This document shows, one piece after another, positions 1 to 8,738 of a DNA stretch of 64,000 nucleotides. Numbering within the stretch: position 1 is the first letter of the stretch; every line of letters starts with the position of its first letter. The stretch spans positions 3,104,001 to 3,168,000 of the forward strand of contig CBDCGL010000011.1 of the NCBI GenBank assembly GCA_965216755.1, written 5' to 3'. The notes below the pieces were generated by a model that saw nothing but the letters and a program-made list of their open reading frames with translations, was not told the origin of the DNA and searched no databases. Source of the DNA: Alphaproteobacteria bacterium (lineage in GTDB: Bacteria > Pseudomonadota > Alphaproteobacteria > UBA7887). The position numbers and the translations under genes are program-made.

Positions 1-96
1 GAACGCGGCGACACCCGCCGCATTGTCTGCCCAAACCGGCGCCGCCAAGATGGTGACGAAAACAACCGAAAGTGCCAACAGCTTCATGGGCCGCAT
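1..96 (-). CDS. 5' fragment of a secreted protein, probably Sel1/TPR-repeat (runs off window start)
   Basis: My translation of the minus strand: MRPMKLLALSVVFVTILAAPVWA-DNAAGVAAF. This is a Sec signal ending VWA, followed by a start typical of alphaproteobacterial Sel1-repeat proteins. Alternative ATG at 87. Confidence 0.5.
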   Translation of the reverse strand, partial: MRPMKLLALSVVFVTILAAPVWADNAAGVAAF

Positions 97-217
97 CCCG
101 TGCTCATTTCGACCGTGACAATTGTGGCACGAATGGGGCGGCGGGACTATGGCCGTCGCTACACTTTTGGCTCAAAGAATGCCTGAAAACCGCCAAAAAA
201 TGGCAAGGTTCTTGCCG

Positions 218-1186
218 TCATGAACTTGCGAGCGGCGCCCCGCTTTGTACGCTGTTGGTGGCAAATGCCACCTCGGGACCGGTTAAGTCTAGGATTGTAA
301 AAGGAAATTGCGCGGGCCAGCGGCGCGCATAGGCGCAGGCGAGATCGGCATAGGCCGCCGCCAAGGCCATTTCGGCCAGTTTGCGGTCACGCGTGGGTGC
401 CACCTTAAGCGGTGCTTCGATTGTGGTGACAAACCGGCCGTCGGCCGCGCGAACGGTAAATACAGGCAGTAATGCCGCGCCTGTGGCCAACGCCAGGCCA
501 GGCGCGCCGGCGGCGATTCGCAGGCCGCCGTTCAAGAACGGCACGCTGTGCGCCCGCTGGCCGCGGCCCGCCACAGTGAGGGAGACAACGCCGTTGGCGC
601 GTAGGTGGCCAGCGAGCTGACGCAAGGCGGCAGCTGAGCCAGACCGGCCAATGACCGCGCGCCGCGCCACATAGCGGCCTTCAATGCGCGTCGAAATCCA
701 GTTGAACAGGGTGATCCCCACACGGCTGCGGCCAAACGCCCCATGTTCAAAGCGGCTCAAATGCACAACAGATAAACCGGCGCGATGCAGCGCGATCTTG
801 CTGACCAAATCGCTGTGCGCCATAGGCGTCACCCACAGCACGACGCCGGCGCCGGCCTGCAGCGCCCGTTTCACATGCTCCAGCCCGACCAAATCAGTCG
901 CCGGGCGCCAACCGCCCGGGCGATAACAGCGAAGCAGCTCAAACCGCGCCAAATGGGCATGGGTCAAATGTTCGGTGAACAGGGCGTCGCGGTCGTCGAT
1001 ACCGAGCAAAAGGCCCATCCGGCGTGCCCGCAAACCGGCGCGCGCCGGTCGCAGCTTATGCGCCAATCGGGCCAGGCGGCCGGCGGCATTCATCCAGGCG
1101 CGTTGCGGCAGCAGCCAAGACATGAGCGCCACCGCCGGCACATAGGCGAATAAATAAATGTCGCGCCATCCGACCAGCGCTGGCAT
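218..1186 (-). CDS. Lysophospholipid/lipid A late acyltransferase-like protein (HtrB/LpxL-like, divergent)
   Basis: 322-aa ORF with GLEHVKRALQAGAGVVLW, VPFLNG...GAPGLALATGAALLPVF and ARRWPAQF segments typical of lauroyl acyltransferases. Confidence 0.65.
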   Translation of the reverse strand: MPALVGWRDIYLFAYVPAVALMSWLLPQRAWMNAAGRLARLAHKLRPARAGLRARRMGLLLGIDDRDALFTEHLTHAHLARFELLRCYRPGGWRPATDLVGLEHVKRALQAGAGVVLWVTPMAHSDLVSKIALHRAGLSVVHLSRFEHGAFGRSRVGITLFNWISTRIEGRYVARRAVIGRSGSAAALRQLAGHLRANGVVSLTVAGRGQRAHSVPFLNGGLRIAAGAPGLALATGAALLPVFTVRAADGRFVTTIEAPLKVAPTRDRKLAEMALAAAYADLACAYARRWPAQFPFTILDLTGPEVAFATNSVQSGAPLASS

Positions 1187-1275
1187 CGCGCACCATTGTC
1201 GCTATGGATCCGAAGGGTGAACTCAACCAATAGGCCCGTTATGGTTAAGAATTCGCTGGCATGGAGGAAAGTTGG

Positions 1276-1485
1276 ATGGGCGACCGTCTGTTGGCGATCG
1301 GCCTGATCGGCAGCATTGTCACGGCGTTGTGCTGTTTTACGCCGATATTGGTGATGATCTTGGGCGCGCTGGGGCTATCGGCTTTGGCGGCGGGGCTGGA
1401 CAGCGTGTTATTGCCGTTGCTGGGCGTTTTTCTGGCGATCACGCTCTATGCGTTGTGGCGCCGCCCCGGGATCAAACGGGGCTAG
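1276..1485 (+). CDS. merF: MerF-family heavy-metal (Hg) transporter
   Basis: GSIVTALCCFTPILVMILGALGLSA...LDSVLLP: vicinal CC in TM1 and two TM helices. Upstream ATG at 1261 also possible. Confidence 0.85.
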   Translation: MGDRLLAIGLIGSIVTALCCFTPILVMILGALGLSALAAGLDSVLLPLLGVFLAITLYALWRRPGIKRG

Positions 1486-3178
1486 AGGCGACCGCGCCGC
1501 CGAACTGCAGCACCGCGTCCGCCGACAAGGCACGCACCGCCAAGGGATGTACGCGCCCACGGATTTCAACCTCATGGGATTGGGCGTCGTCGACCGTGAT
1601 GCCGCCGTGGCGAACAACGTCATCAGACAGAACCACTTGCGCCTGCAACGTCTTGGTCATTTCCTCCAGGCGGCTGGCGGTATTGACCACATCACCGACA
1701 ACCGTGATGCCGCGCACGCCGCGAAACCCCATTTCACCGACAATGACCGGCCCCACATGGATGCCGATGCCGATTTTGAGCGGCACGTCGAGCTCATCGC
1801 GCAAAGAGTCGTTGAGCTGTTCCAGGCGCGCGGTCATCGAACGCGCCGCGCCAACCGCGTTGCGGCATCCCTGTTCGACGTCACCATCAATACCGAACAG
1901 TGCCATCAGCCCATCGCCGACAAATTCATTGATCACGCCGCCGGCGCTTTCGATCGCTTCCGCCATCGTCACCCGGAACCGGTTGAGCACAAAAACCACG
2001 TCATAGGGCAGGCGCGACTCGGAAAAGCGCGTGAAGCCACGTAGGTCGGCAAATAGGATGGCCACCGTCCGCTCTTCGCTGTTTTGCCGAAGCGCACGCT
2101 GATACGCGTCGGCGACGGTCGCTGTCGGCGGCAGCAGGGGCGACAGCGCCAGATCCGCCGTCGGCCGGATCTGACATGCCAGGCGCACGGACGAGGGCGC
2201 CGCGATCCGCCGCAACACGGTGAGCTCTTGCCCCTCTGGTGGCGGCAGGCGGTCCGCGCCATTTTCGATCTGCACCCGACATGTGGAACAGCGCCCGCGT
2301 CCACCGCACACGCTGGCATGGCGGATGCCCGCGGCGCGCAACGCCTCGAGCGCGGTCATGCCCGGTGCCACATCGACCACGCGCTGGCCGCGATAGCGCA
2401 TGCGCGGGCCCCGGTTGCGGCCGCGCCAATAACCGCGCAAGGCGCGGGCGGCCAATACCGCAACCAATATCGCACCGATCACATACCACCCAACCACGCG
2501 GCTATCCTGCATCCAGGCGGCCATGTCAGCTTCAAATCGGGCCTGTTCCATGGTCGCCAAAACCCAATCGGTGTCCTCCGCCAAAGCCATGACCCGGGTG
2601 CCGCCGGACACGTAGCCGGCCAAGGCCGCCACCGGCACGATAATGGCAAGCGCGAAGGCCACCAGTTGCACGCGCGCATACCACCTTTTCAGCCGCAACC
2701 AGCCATGCAGGCCGATACAGCCATGGATCCAAACCACAAACACGGCCACCGTCTGGACGATGCCGAAAGTGGGCGCGATCACCCACAAAAAGGTTAGTTC
2801 CAGATCGTAGTTCATGGCCACGTCATAGCGCTCGACAAGGCCGCGCGTCGCCAACACATGGCCGATCAAAATCAGCGGGATGCTCAAGCCAAGCACCGTT
2901 TGCACAAGCTGCCAAAGGGGCAGCCGCAGGGTCCGCCGGCGATAAACGGACCATAGTGCGGTGGCCATGTGGGTCAGCGCCGCGCCGGTGAGAAGGATCG
3001 TCCCCGGCACCGTGTGCCATGGCGCGACCGATACGGCGAGCCCGGCGTTCATGGTCGCCAAGCCGAAAATGCCAAGGCTGTGGTTAACCAGGTGGCCGAA
3101 CACGAAGACGAACAGAATCACCCCGCTGCCAAGACGCAAACGGGCGACCACCAAGCGTGCTGTAGGACCGTCAAACAT
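1472..3178 (-). CDS. CyaC-type class III nucleotidyl cyclase: His-rich membrane (heme b) anchor, [2Fe-2S] ferredoxin and cyclase domain
   Basis: TM His motifs GHLVNH, LTH, GHV, WIHGCIGLH; ferredoxin CGGRGRCSTC...RLAC; cyclase ILFADLRGFT, EFVGDG, GDVVNTASRLE. The ORF is open to 3286; ATG 3178 preferred. Confidence 0.9.
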   Translation of the reverse strand: MFDGPTARLVVARLRLGSGVILFVFVFGHLVNHSLGIFGLATMNAGLAVSVAPWHTVPGTILLTGAALTHMATALWSVYRRRTLRLPLWQLVQTVLGLSIPLILIGHVLATRGLVERYDVAMNYDLELTFLWVIAPTFGIVQTVAVFVVWIHGCIGLHGWLRLKRWYARVQLVAFALAIIVPVAALAGYVSGGTRVMALAEDTDWVLATMEQARFEADMAAWMQDSRVVGWYVIGAILVAVLAARALRGYWRGRNRGPRMRYRGQRVVDVAPGMTALEALRAAGIRHASVCGGRGRCSTCRVQIENGADRLPPPEGQELTVLRRIAAPSSVRLACQIRPTADLALSPLLPPTATVADAYQRALRQNSEERTVAILFADLRGFTRFSESRLPYDVVFVLNRFRVTMAEAIESAGGVINEFVGDGLMALFGIDGDVEQGCRNAVGAARSMTARLEQLNDSLRDELDVPLKIGIGIHVGPVIVGEMGFRGVRGITVVGDVVNTASRLEEMTKTLQAQVVLSDDVVRHGGITVDDAQSHEVEIRGRVHPLAVRALSADAVLQFGGAVASSPV

Positions 3179-3587
3179 CGGTAAGCGGACAGTATCAGAC
3201 CGGCCCGCGCGCGCCGCGATCACACGTTTGTGAGCAAATCGACTGCCCCAAAACGGCGCTCGTTTTACCCCATGGCGCATCCTCATTCATTCTTCACGCC
3301 AATACGTTAGGCAGGTGCGATGCCGCGCACCGATGGGCTTCGGGCGCGCATCCGACCAGATCGTCGAAAGCTTCACCCTGAGTGTCCAACAAAGCTTGCG
3401 CCAACAAGGTTACTTGCAAATGCGACTTAATCGCGATAGCAACAAATTTGGGTGGCAGCACTTTTTTGTGGGGGAAGAAACGTGGCGCAGATCGCCATTG
3501 TACCGAGCAGCTCGGCGTCAACGATGGGGTCTGTCGGCGAAGGGGCAAGCGTCAATATCGGCCGGACACGATCCGTTGCGCCGTAGC

Positions 3588-5300
3588 ATGCCGCCTTCCA
3601 CCGCGCCCGACAACCGGCTGTTTCTTGGGCTGCTGGTCGCCACCATGGGCCTTGCCGCTGCTTTTAACATATTTGCCTACCTTCGCCCGGACATCTTCTC
3701 ACCCGACGGCGGACACGATTTCATTCACCTGATTCCGCGGACGGCACGTGAATTCAAGCTTGTTTTCGGTGGGGCGTTCGTAATTGGCCTGCTCATATTC
3801 AGCTTGGTCATGTGGCGCGCGGCATTTTTCGACCGGCATTTCAAAAGCGCGTTGATCGGATGCGTCGCAGCTTGGGCGGTGTTTCTGTTCGCATTCACGT
3901 TCGCGCACACCATGAATATCGACGAACGCGAGGCCCTGCAAACGATCTGGAAAATGCACAATGGGTTGGTCCCGTACGTGGATTTTTTCCAGCACCATCA
4001 CCCTTTGCTTTGGATCCAGTCGCTCCCGGTCATGGCGCTTCTCGGCCCGTCGGCAACACTGTTTTTCGCGCTGCGCTTGGTTCAATTCTTGTTTGTAGCG
4101 GGCATTGCGATCGCCACCTACAAAACCGCACGGCTGATTACCGCCTCGGCCGAAACCGGCATCGTCGCCGTTCTTCTGCTTTTGACATTCTTCTTTTTTG
4201 TTTCCGACGGCATCGAGATTCGGCCCGACGTGGAGCAGACGTTCTTTTGCGTATGGAGCTTCTATTTTTTTGTCAAACATCTTTTTAGCAGCGACGATCA
4301 CTGGATGGCGGCGAGTGGTGCAAGCGCCGCCGTCGCGTTCATCTATCTGCAAAAAGCTCTGTTCTTTTTGTTTCCGCTGGGGCTGGTGATGGTCTATCTG
4401 CTGTCTACCCGTCGCATCCGCTGGCGGCGCCTGATCCACTTTTGCCTGGCGTTCTCCGTCCCCTGCCTCGTTTTCATCGGTGCGTATGTTTTGAGCGGCC
4501 AGGCCGAAGAATATCTCGTGTTCAATTGGGTCCTCAACGCGGTCAAGGAATCGCGCACCGCGGTGTTTCAGCACTACGCCTATTTGTTGGTTTGGAATCC
4601 GCACCTATGGCTGGGCACGGTTCTCTACCTGGCTTTCTGGATCGTCCGCCGCGGCACGATACCGTTCGCCATACATATAAGTTTCTTCGTCGGCATCGTG
4701 ATTTTTGTCATTGCCGCCGCCAGTCCGCGCGCGTGGAGTCAGTATTACATGGTGGCGTTCCCGTTTCTGGCGATCCCGGTGGCCGTGATGGTGCGGGAAA
4801 GCATCAAGGGCTTCCAAAAGAACACGCGGCTTGGCCTTTATTGTTTGTTGGTGTTCGGATCGGCGCCGGTGTTCCTGGTCGAATTCTGCTATCCGCAGTC
4901 CAACCAAGAGGTCTTTCGGATCATGCGCGACAATATCGGGCGGCACGACGAGTATGCGTATGACGAGCGCATACGTTACAATTTGTTCAAGCGAGACTTA
5001 AGCTTCTTTTGGTTCAGCACCCATCGGGACGGCATGCTGGATAGCTACCGCACGCTGGTCGAAGATGATCGATTTGATTGGCGCCGGAAACAAAGTTATG
5101 GCGACTTCGCTTTCTGCAATCTGATCGCCGCCACCCAGCCAAGAGTTGTGTACACGCGCGGCGGGTCCGAGAATCGGCTCGAAGATTGCGAAACCCGTGA
5201 ACACTATGTGCAAGTCTTTAGTGGCTATTATGTCGACCGTGGCGACGGTCGGCTCTATCACCGGCGCGACGCGACAGTGGCGCGTCGCCCGCCGGACTAG
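3588..5300 (+). CDS. Polytopic GT-C glycosyltransferase (ArnT/PMT/GT39-like)
   Basis: Many TM helices, DE motif (NIDERE), PYVDFFQHHHPL, EIRPD and a C-terminal soluble domain. Visibly more T-rich than its neighbours. ORF open from 3315. Confidence 0.7.
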   Translation: MPPSTAPDNRLFLGLLVATMGLAAAFNIFAYLRPDIFSPDGGHDFIHLIPRTAREFKLVFGGAFVIGLLIFSLVMWRAAFFDRHFKSALIGCVAAWAVFLFAFTFAHTMNIDEREALQTIWKMHNGLVPYVDFFQHHHPLLWIQSLPVMALLGPSATLFFALRLVQFLFVAGIAIATYKTARLITASAETGIVAVLLLLTFFFFVSDGIEIRPDVEQTFFCVWSFYFFVKHLFSSDDHWMAASGASAAVAFIYLQKALFFLFPLGLVMVYLLSTRRIRWRRLIHFCLAFSVPCLVFIGAYVLSGQAEEYLVFNWVLNAVKESRTAVFQHYAYLLVWNPHLWLGTVLYLAFWIVRRGTIPFAIHISFFVGIVIFVIAAASPRAWSQYYMVAFPFLAIPVAVMVRESIKGFQKNTRLGLYCLLVFGSAPVFLVEFCYPQSNQEVFRIMRDNIGRHDEYAYDERIRYNLFKRDLSFFWFSTHRDGMLDSYRTLVEDDRFDWRRKQSYGDFAFCNLIAATQPRVVYTRGGSENRLEDCETREHYVQVFSGYYVDRGDGRLYHRRDATVARRPPD

Positions 5301-5301
5301 C

Positions 5302-6108
5302 CTAGCGATCCTTCCATTGGGGCGGGCGCTTTTCGAGGAACGCGGCGATGCCTTCCTTGGAATCCTCGGCATTGAACGCCCGCACCATCACTTCGGTGAC
5401 ATGATCGTAGGCCATGCGCCGGCTCATTTCTAGCTGGCGATAGAATGATCGCTTGCCCATGGCCACGGCATAGGCCGACTTGCCAGCGATTTGCCGCGCC
5501 AGCGCCTCAACGCGCCCATCGAGCGCATCGTCAGCCACGACTTCATTAACCAAGCCATAGCGAAACGCGGTTTCAGCGTCGATCAAATCGCCGGTCAGCA
5601 GCATCTGCAGGGCGTGCTTGGGCGCAATGGCGCGGCTGAGCGCCACCTGCGGGGCCAGACACCACAAGCCGATATTGACGCCCGGCGTGGCGAAGCGGGC
5701 GCTGGCCGCGGCCAGGGTCAGATCACAGGTCGCAGCCAACTCACAGCCGGCGGCGGTGGCGGTACCGTGGACTTTGGCAATAACCGGTTGCGGCAGGTCG
5801 ATAATCGCCTGCAACATGGCCGCACAGTGCACATTGGACGTCCGTTTCTCGTCGGCGTGGGTCGTCGCCAGGGTCTCGTTGAGGTCGTGGCCCGTGCAGA
5901 ATAGGCGGCCGGTGGCAGCCAAGACCACGACGCGCACAGCTCTGTCCGCGGCTATGGCATCGAAGGCTCCGTGCAGCGCGTCGACCAGGGCGTGCGACAG
6001 ACTGTTGCCGGACCGCGGTCGATTGAGGGTCAGTGTGGTGACGCCATCGGCATCAGTGCGCCGCAATACATCCTGCTCACTGGCGATGTCGCCTTGATCG
6101 CTATCCAT
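5302..6108 (-). CDS. Enoyl-CoA hydratase/isomerase family protein
   Basis: LTLNRP, FCTGHDL, ATAAGCEL, FATPGVNIG, EGIAAFLEKRPP. Confidence 0.92.
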   Translation of the reverse strand: MDSDQGDIASEQDVLRRTDADGVTTLTLNRPRSGNSLSHALVDALHGAFDAIAADRAVRVVVLAATGRLFCTGHDLNETLATTHADEKRTSNVHCAAMLQAIIDLPQPVIAKVHGTATAAGCELAATCDLTLAAASARFATPGVNIGLWCLAPQVALSRAIAPKHALQMLLTGDLIDAETAFRYGLVNEVVADDALDGRVEALARQIAGKSAYAVAMGKRSFYRQLEMSRRMAYDHVTEVMVRAFNAEDSKEGIAAFLEKRPPQWKDR

Positions 6109-6326
6109 GTGGCCCTCCTGTGCCTGTGCGCCCCGCCAGTATGCCGGACATGGCGTCGATTTGACAGGCGATGGCTGAGGGCCCCGGCCTGGTCGGCGGG
6201 ACCAAAGTCGCTATCTTCATTCGAAGACCCACGCAACGACCCGCTGAGGATTCCGCTGTGGTAACAGTTTGCCGAACCGGCGCCGCGCCCGACCCGACCA
6301 CGCCGCAGTCGACCCATGATGACCGA

Positions 6327-7142
6327 ATGGGACAGCCGACGCGACGACGTGTTTTGAGCGGCCTGCCCGCGTTGGCGGCGGGCGGCGCGGCCGGCGCCGT
6401 GGTCGGCGGCGCGCTCGGCTATCGCTATCGCCACCAAATCCACGATATCTGGCGCACGAGCGTCGCCAACGGCGACGGCGACACGCCGGGTGCGCGGGCG
6501 TTTTTTGCCGAGGATGCGCGACTGCGCGCGCTGCGCGACCAGCAAACCGCCGACGATGCACTGGCGCTGAAAGCCCACTATGCCGCGCCGGTGATCGGTC
6601 CCGTGACAATGTGGTCGCTGATCGAACGAATGGGCCTGTGCATCGATACGACCGACCGGCAGTTGTTCGCCACCAGTCAACTGGTACACGTGCAGCAGAT
6701 CCTCGCCGCCATGGAGCGGCACGGCGTGACCGAACCGTCGTTTTTCCTGATCGCCTTGTTGCACGATGTCGGCAAGGTCGCGACACTCCACGGCGGCCGG
6801 CCGGAGGATATTTTCGGCGGCGCCGATCCCCTGCGCCACGACCCGGCGAGAAACGGCCTCGATCATGTCATCTTTCAGTTCAGCCACGCCGAATTGATAT
6901 ATCCGCGCATCAAGGATTTCGTGCCCGAGGCCGTGGCGTGGACCGTGCGTTACCACAACATCGATATCGCTAGCAGCCTACCGTTGATGACGGCGCGCGA
7001 GCGTGCACTGACCGAACGTTATTTGCGGCCATTCCGACGTTTCGACGGTGGCTACAAATCGTTTCACTACGCGCCGCCGTTCGACATCGCGTCCTACCGG
7101 GCGTTGATCGAGGACTATTTCCCCGAGCCGATTATGTTCTGA
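6327..7142 (+). CDS. Tat-signal myo-inositol oxygenase (MIOX)-like HD-domain diiron protein
   Basis: TRRRVL followed by a hydrophobic stretch; MWSLIE..IDTTD..SQLVH, LLHDVGK, GLDHV..SH, RYH, RFD..K, YRALIEDYFP, colinear with MIOX motifs. Confidence 0.72.
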   Translation: MGQPTRRRVLSGLPALAAGGAAGAVVGGALGYRYRHQIHDIWRTSVANGDGDTPGARAFFAEDARLRALRDQQTADDALALKAHYAAPVIGPVTMWSLIERMGLCIDTTDRQLFATSQLVHVQQILAAMERHGVTEPSFFLIALLHDVGKVATLHGGRPEDIFGGADPLRHDPARNGLDHVIFQFSHAELIYPRIKDFVPEAVAWTVRYHNIDIASSLPLMTARERALTERYLRPFRRFDGGYKSFHYAPPFDIASYRALIEDYFPEPIMF

Positions 7143-7155
7143 TTATTTTTCGATT

Positions 7156-7241
7156 TCGGTGACAGTTTACTAAATATACTGTATATTGCGGCCAGATCAG
7201 AGAAATCGCTAAATCTTGTGTATTTAGTAAACTGTCACCGA
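7156..7241. repeat. 86-bp palindromic REPIN/MITE-like element, copy 1
   Basis: Perfect 21-bp inverted arms TCGGTGACAGTTTACTAAATA (7156-7176) and TATTTAGTAAACTGTCACCGA (7221-7241). The same arms occur at 23175-23260. Confidence 0.9.
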
Positions 7242-7249
7242 GATATAAA

Positions 7250-7325
7250 TGGTGCCGCCTGTGTGACTCGAACACACGACCCCAGCATTACGAATGCTGT
7301 GCTCTACCAACTGAGCTAAGGCGGC
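7250..7325 (-). tRNA. tRNA-Thr(CGT)
   Basis: GCCGCCTTAGCTCAGTTGGTAGAGCACAGCATT-CGT-AATGCTGGGGTCGTGTGTTCGAGTCACACAGGCGGCACCA: 76-nt cloverleaf with encoded CCA. Confidence 0.97.
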
Positions 7326-7411
7326 ATGACAGCGCCAGATGCGCGCACCATAAGCCCGCCCGCCGCCCCCGGCAAGCCAGCAAATTATGCTGAACGAAAG
7401 CCCGTTCGGGG

Positions 7412-7774
7412 TTAGAACCGCCGCGGCGCAGACGGGTAGTTGGACGACGGGTAATAGCGCGAATTGCGGCGGCCGTTGGGCCGCTCCGCCGACGGATAGC
7501 GCACCGTCGGCCGCCTGACCGCCGGGCGCGCCGCACCCGGGCGTCGCAAGAAACTGAATGGACGGCCGAAATTGACACCGCGCCGGCCAAATGCCTGGGC
7601 TAGCTCCACACGATCGGTGGCGATGACCGCCACCGCCGCGCCGTCGGTCAACGATGCGTCCGCCGCTGTATAGGCCAGGGCGGGCTGCGCCACGGCGAGC
7701 CACGCGGCGGTCGCCGCCACGGCCGCAACCAACATGCCCCGCCCAGATACTCTATCGCTCCATCCGCTGTTCAT
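7412..7774 (-). CDS. Small secreted hypothetical protein with Arg/Pro/aromatic-rich C-terminus
   Basis: Signal peptide ending PALA, then ...VELAQ and a cationic low-complexity tail. Confidence 0.55.
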   Translation of the reverse strand: MNSGWSDRVSGRGMLVAAVAATAAWLAVAQPALAYTAADASLTDGAAVAVIATDRVELAQAFGRRGVNFGRPFSFLRRPGAARPAVRRPTVRYPSAERPNGRRNSRYYPSSNYPSAPRRF

Positions 7775-7867
7775 TGCCGAACCGCCCAATCCATTGCCCT
7801 TCAATTGCTTCCACAATAGGTGCTTTGCATCGATTCCGCAACAAAACGCCAAACTGGGGCACCCGCG

Positions 7868-8665
7868 CTACCGGCCAAGAAACCGCCCCGAACGCCGTTC
7901 CTGAAACGCGCGCAAACCTTCGGCCGCGTCTTCGCTGCGCAGCAAGTCGTGCTGTATTTCGTTGAACAGGGCGATCGCCGCCTCCGGCCCATGCTCCACC
8001 GCTCGCCGCGCCGACGCCAACGTTGCGCGCACCGCCAAGGGCGCCTGTTCAGCAATTCGCCGCGCGATCGTCTGAGCCCGCGCGCGTACTTGTTCGGCGG
8101 CGACCAGTTCCTGCACATAGCCGAGTCTGAAAGCGGTTTGGGCGTCGAACGGATCACCGGTCAGCAAATGCACCATGGCATTGCCCCAACCGGCCCGCTC
8201 GACCATGCGGATCGTCGCGCCGCCGGTCGCCATCAAGCCACGCTGCACCTCGATTTGGGCGAAACGGGCATCGTCCGCGGCGACCACGATATCGGCGGCA
8301 AGCATGAGCTCGATGCCCAAGGTCAGACACCAGCCCTGTACCGCGACCACCACTGGCTTGGTCCGCGCCGGTGGCCGCAGTCCGAACGGATCCACCGTGC
8401 CGGGCGGAAATAACGGCCGGCCGGCGTCCATATGCGGTTTCACCAACGGCAAGTCGAGCCCGCCGGTGAAATTTCGCCCTTCCGCGCACACCAATGCCAC
8501 GCGACAATCGCTTTGCCGCTCGAACGCGGTGTAGGCCTCAGCCAGCTGGGCCAACATCGCGGGCGTAAAGCCATTGGATTTGTCCGGCCGGTCAAAGGTG
8601 ATCGTGAACAGCGTGCCGTCGTCGTCGGTGGTGATGCGGCCGTCGGTGTGCGATGTGTCGCTCAT
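7868..8665 (-). CDS. Crotonase/enoyl-CoA hydratase family protein
   Basis: FTGGLDL, KPVVVAVQG..LGIEL, EVQRG, EGLRAFQERR. Confidence 0.92.
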   Translation of the reverse strand: MSDTSHTDGRITTDDDGTLFTITFDRPDKSNGFTPAMLAQLAEAYTAFERQSDCRVALVCAEGRNFTGGLDLPLVKPHMDAGRPLFPPGTVDPFGLRPPARTKPVVVAVQGWCLTLGIELMLAADIVVAADDARFAQIEVQRGLMATGGATIRMVERAGWGNAMVHLLTGDPFDAQTAFRLGYVQELVAAEQVRARAQTIARRIAEQAPLAVRATLASARRAVEHGPEAAIALFNEIQHDLLRSEDAAEGLRAFQERRSGRFLGR

Positions 8666-8738
8666 GGCGCCTGCCCCTGTATGATGTGTCGCGGCTTGGT
8701 GGCCGTTTCGTGGCGTGACCCCAGTTTATGGAAAAAAG

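Noticed and set aside
1-7250. Integrative island or prophage at tRNA-Thr
   Set aside because: No integrase, phage gene or duplicated tRNA 3' end (att) was seen in the window. One further left cannot be excluded.
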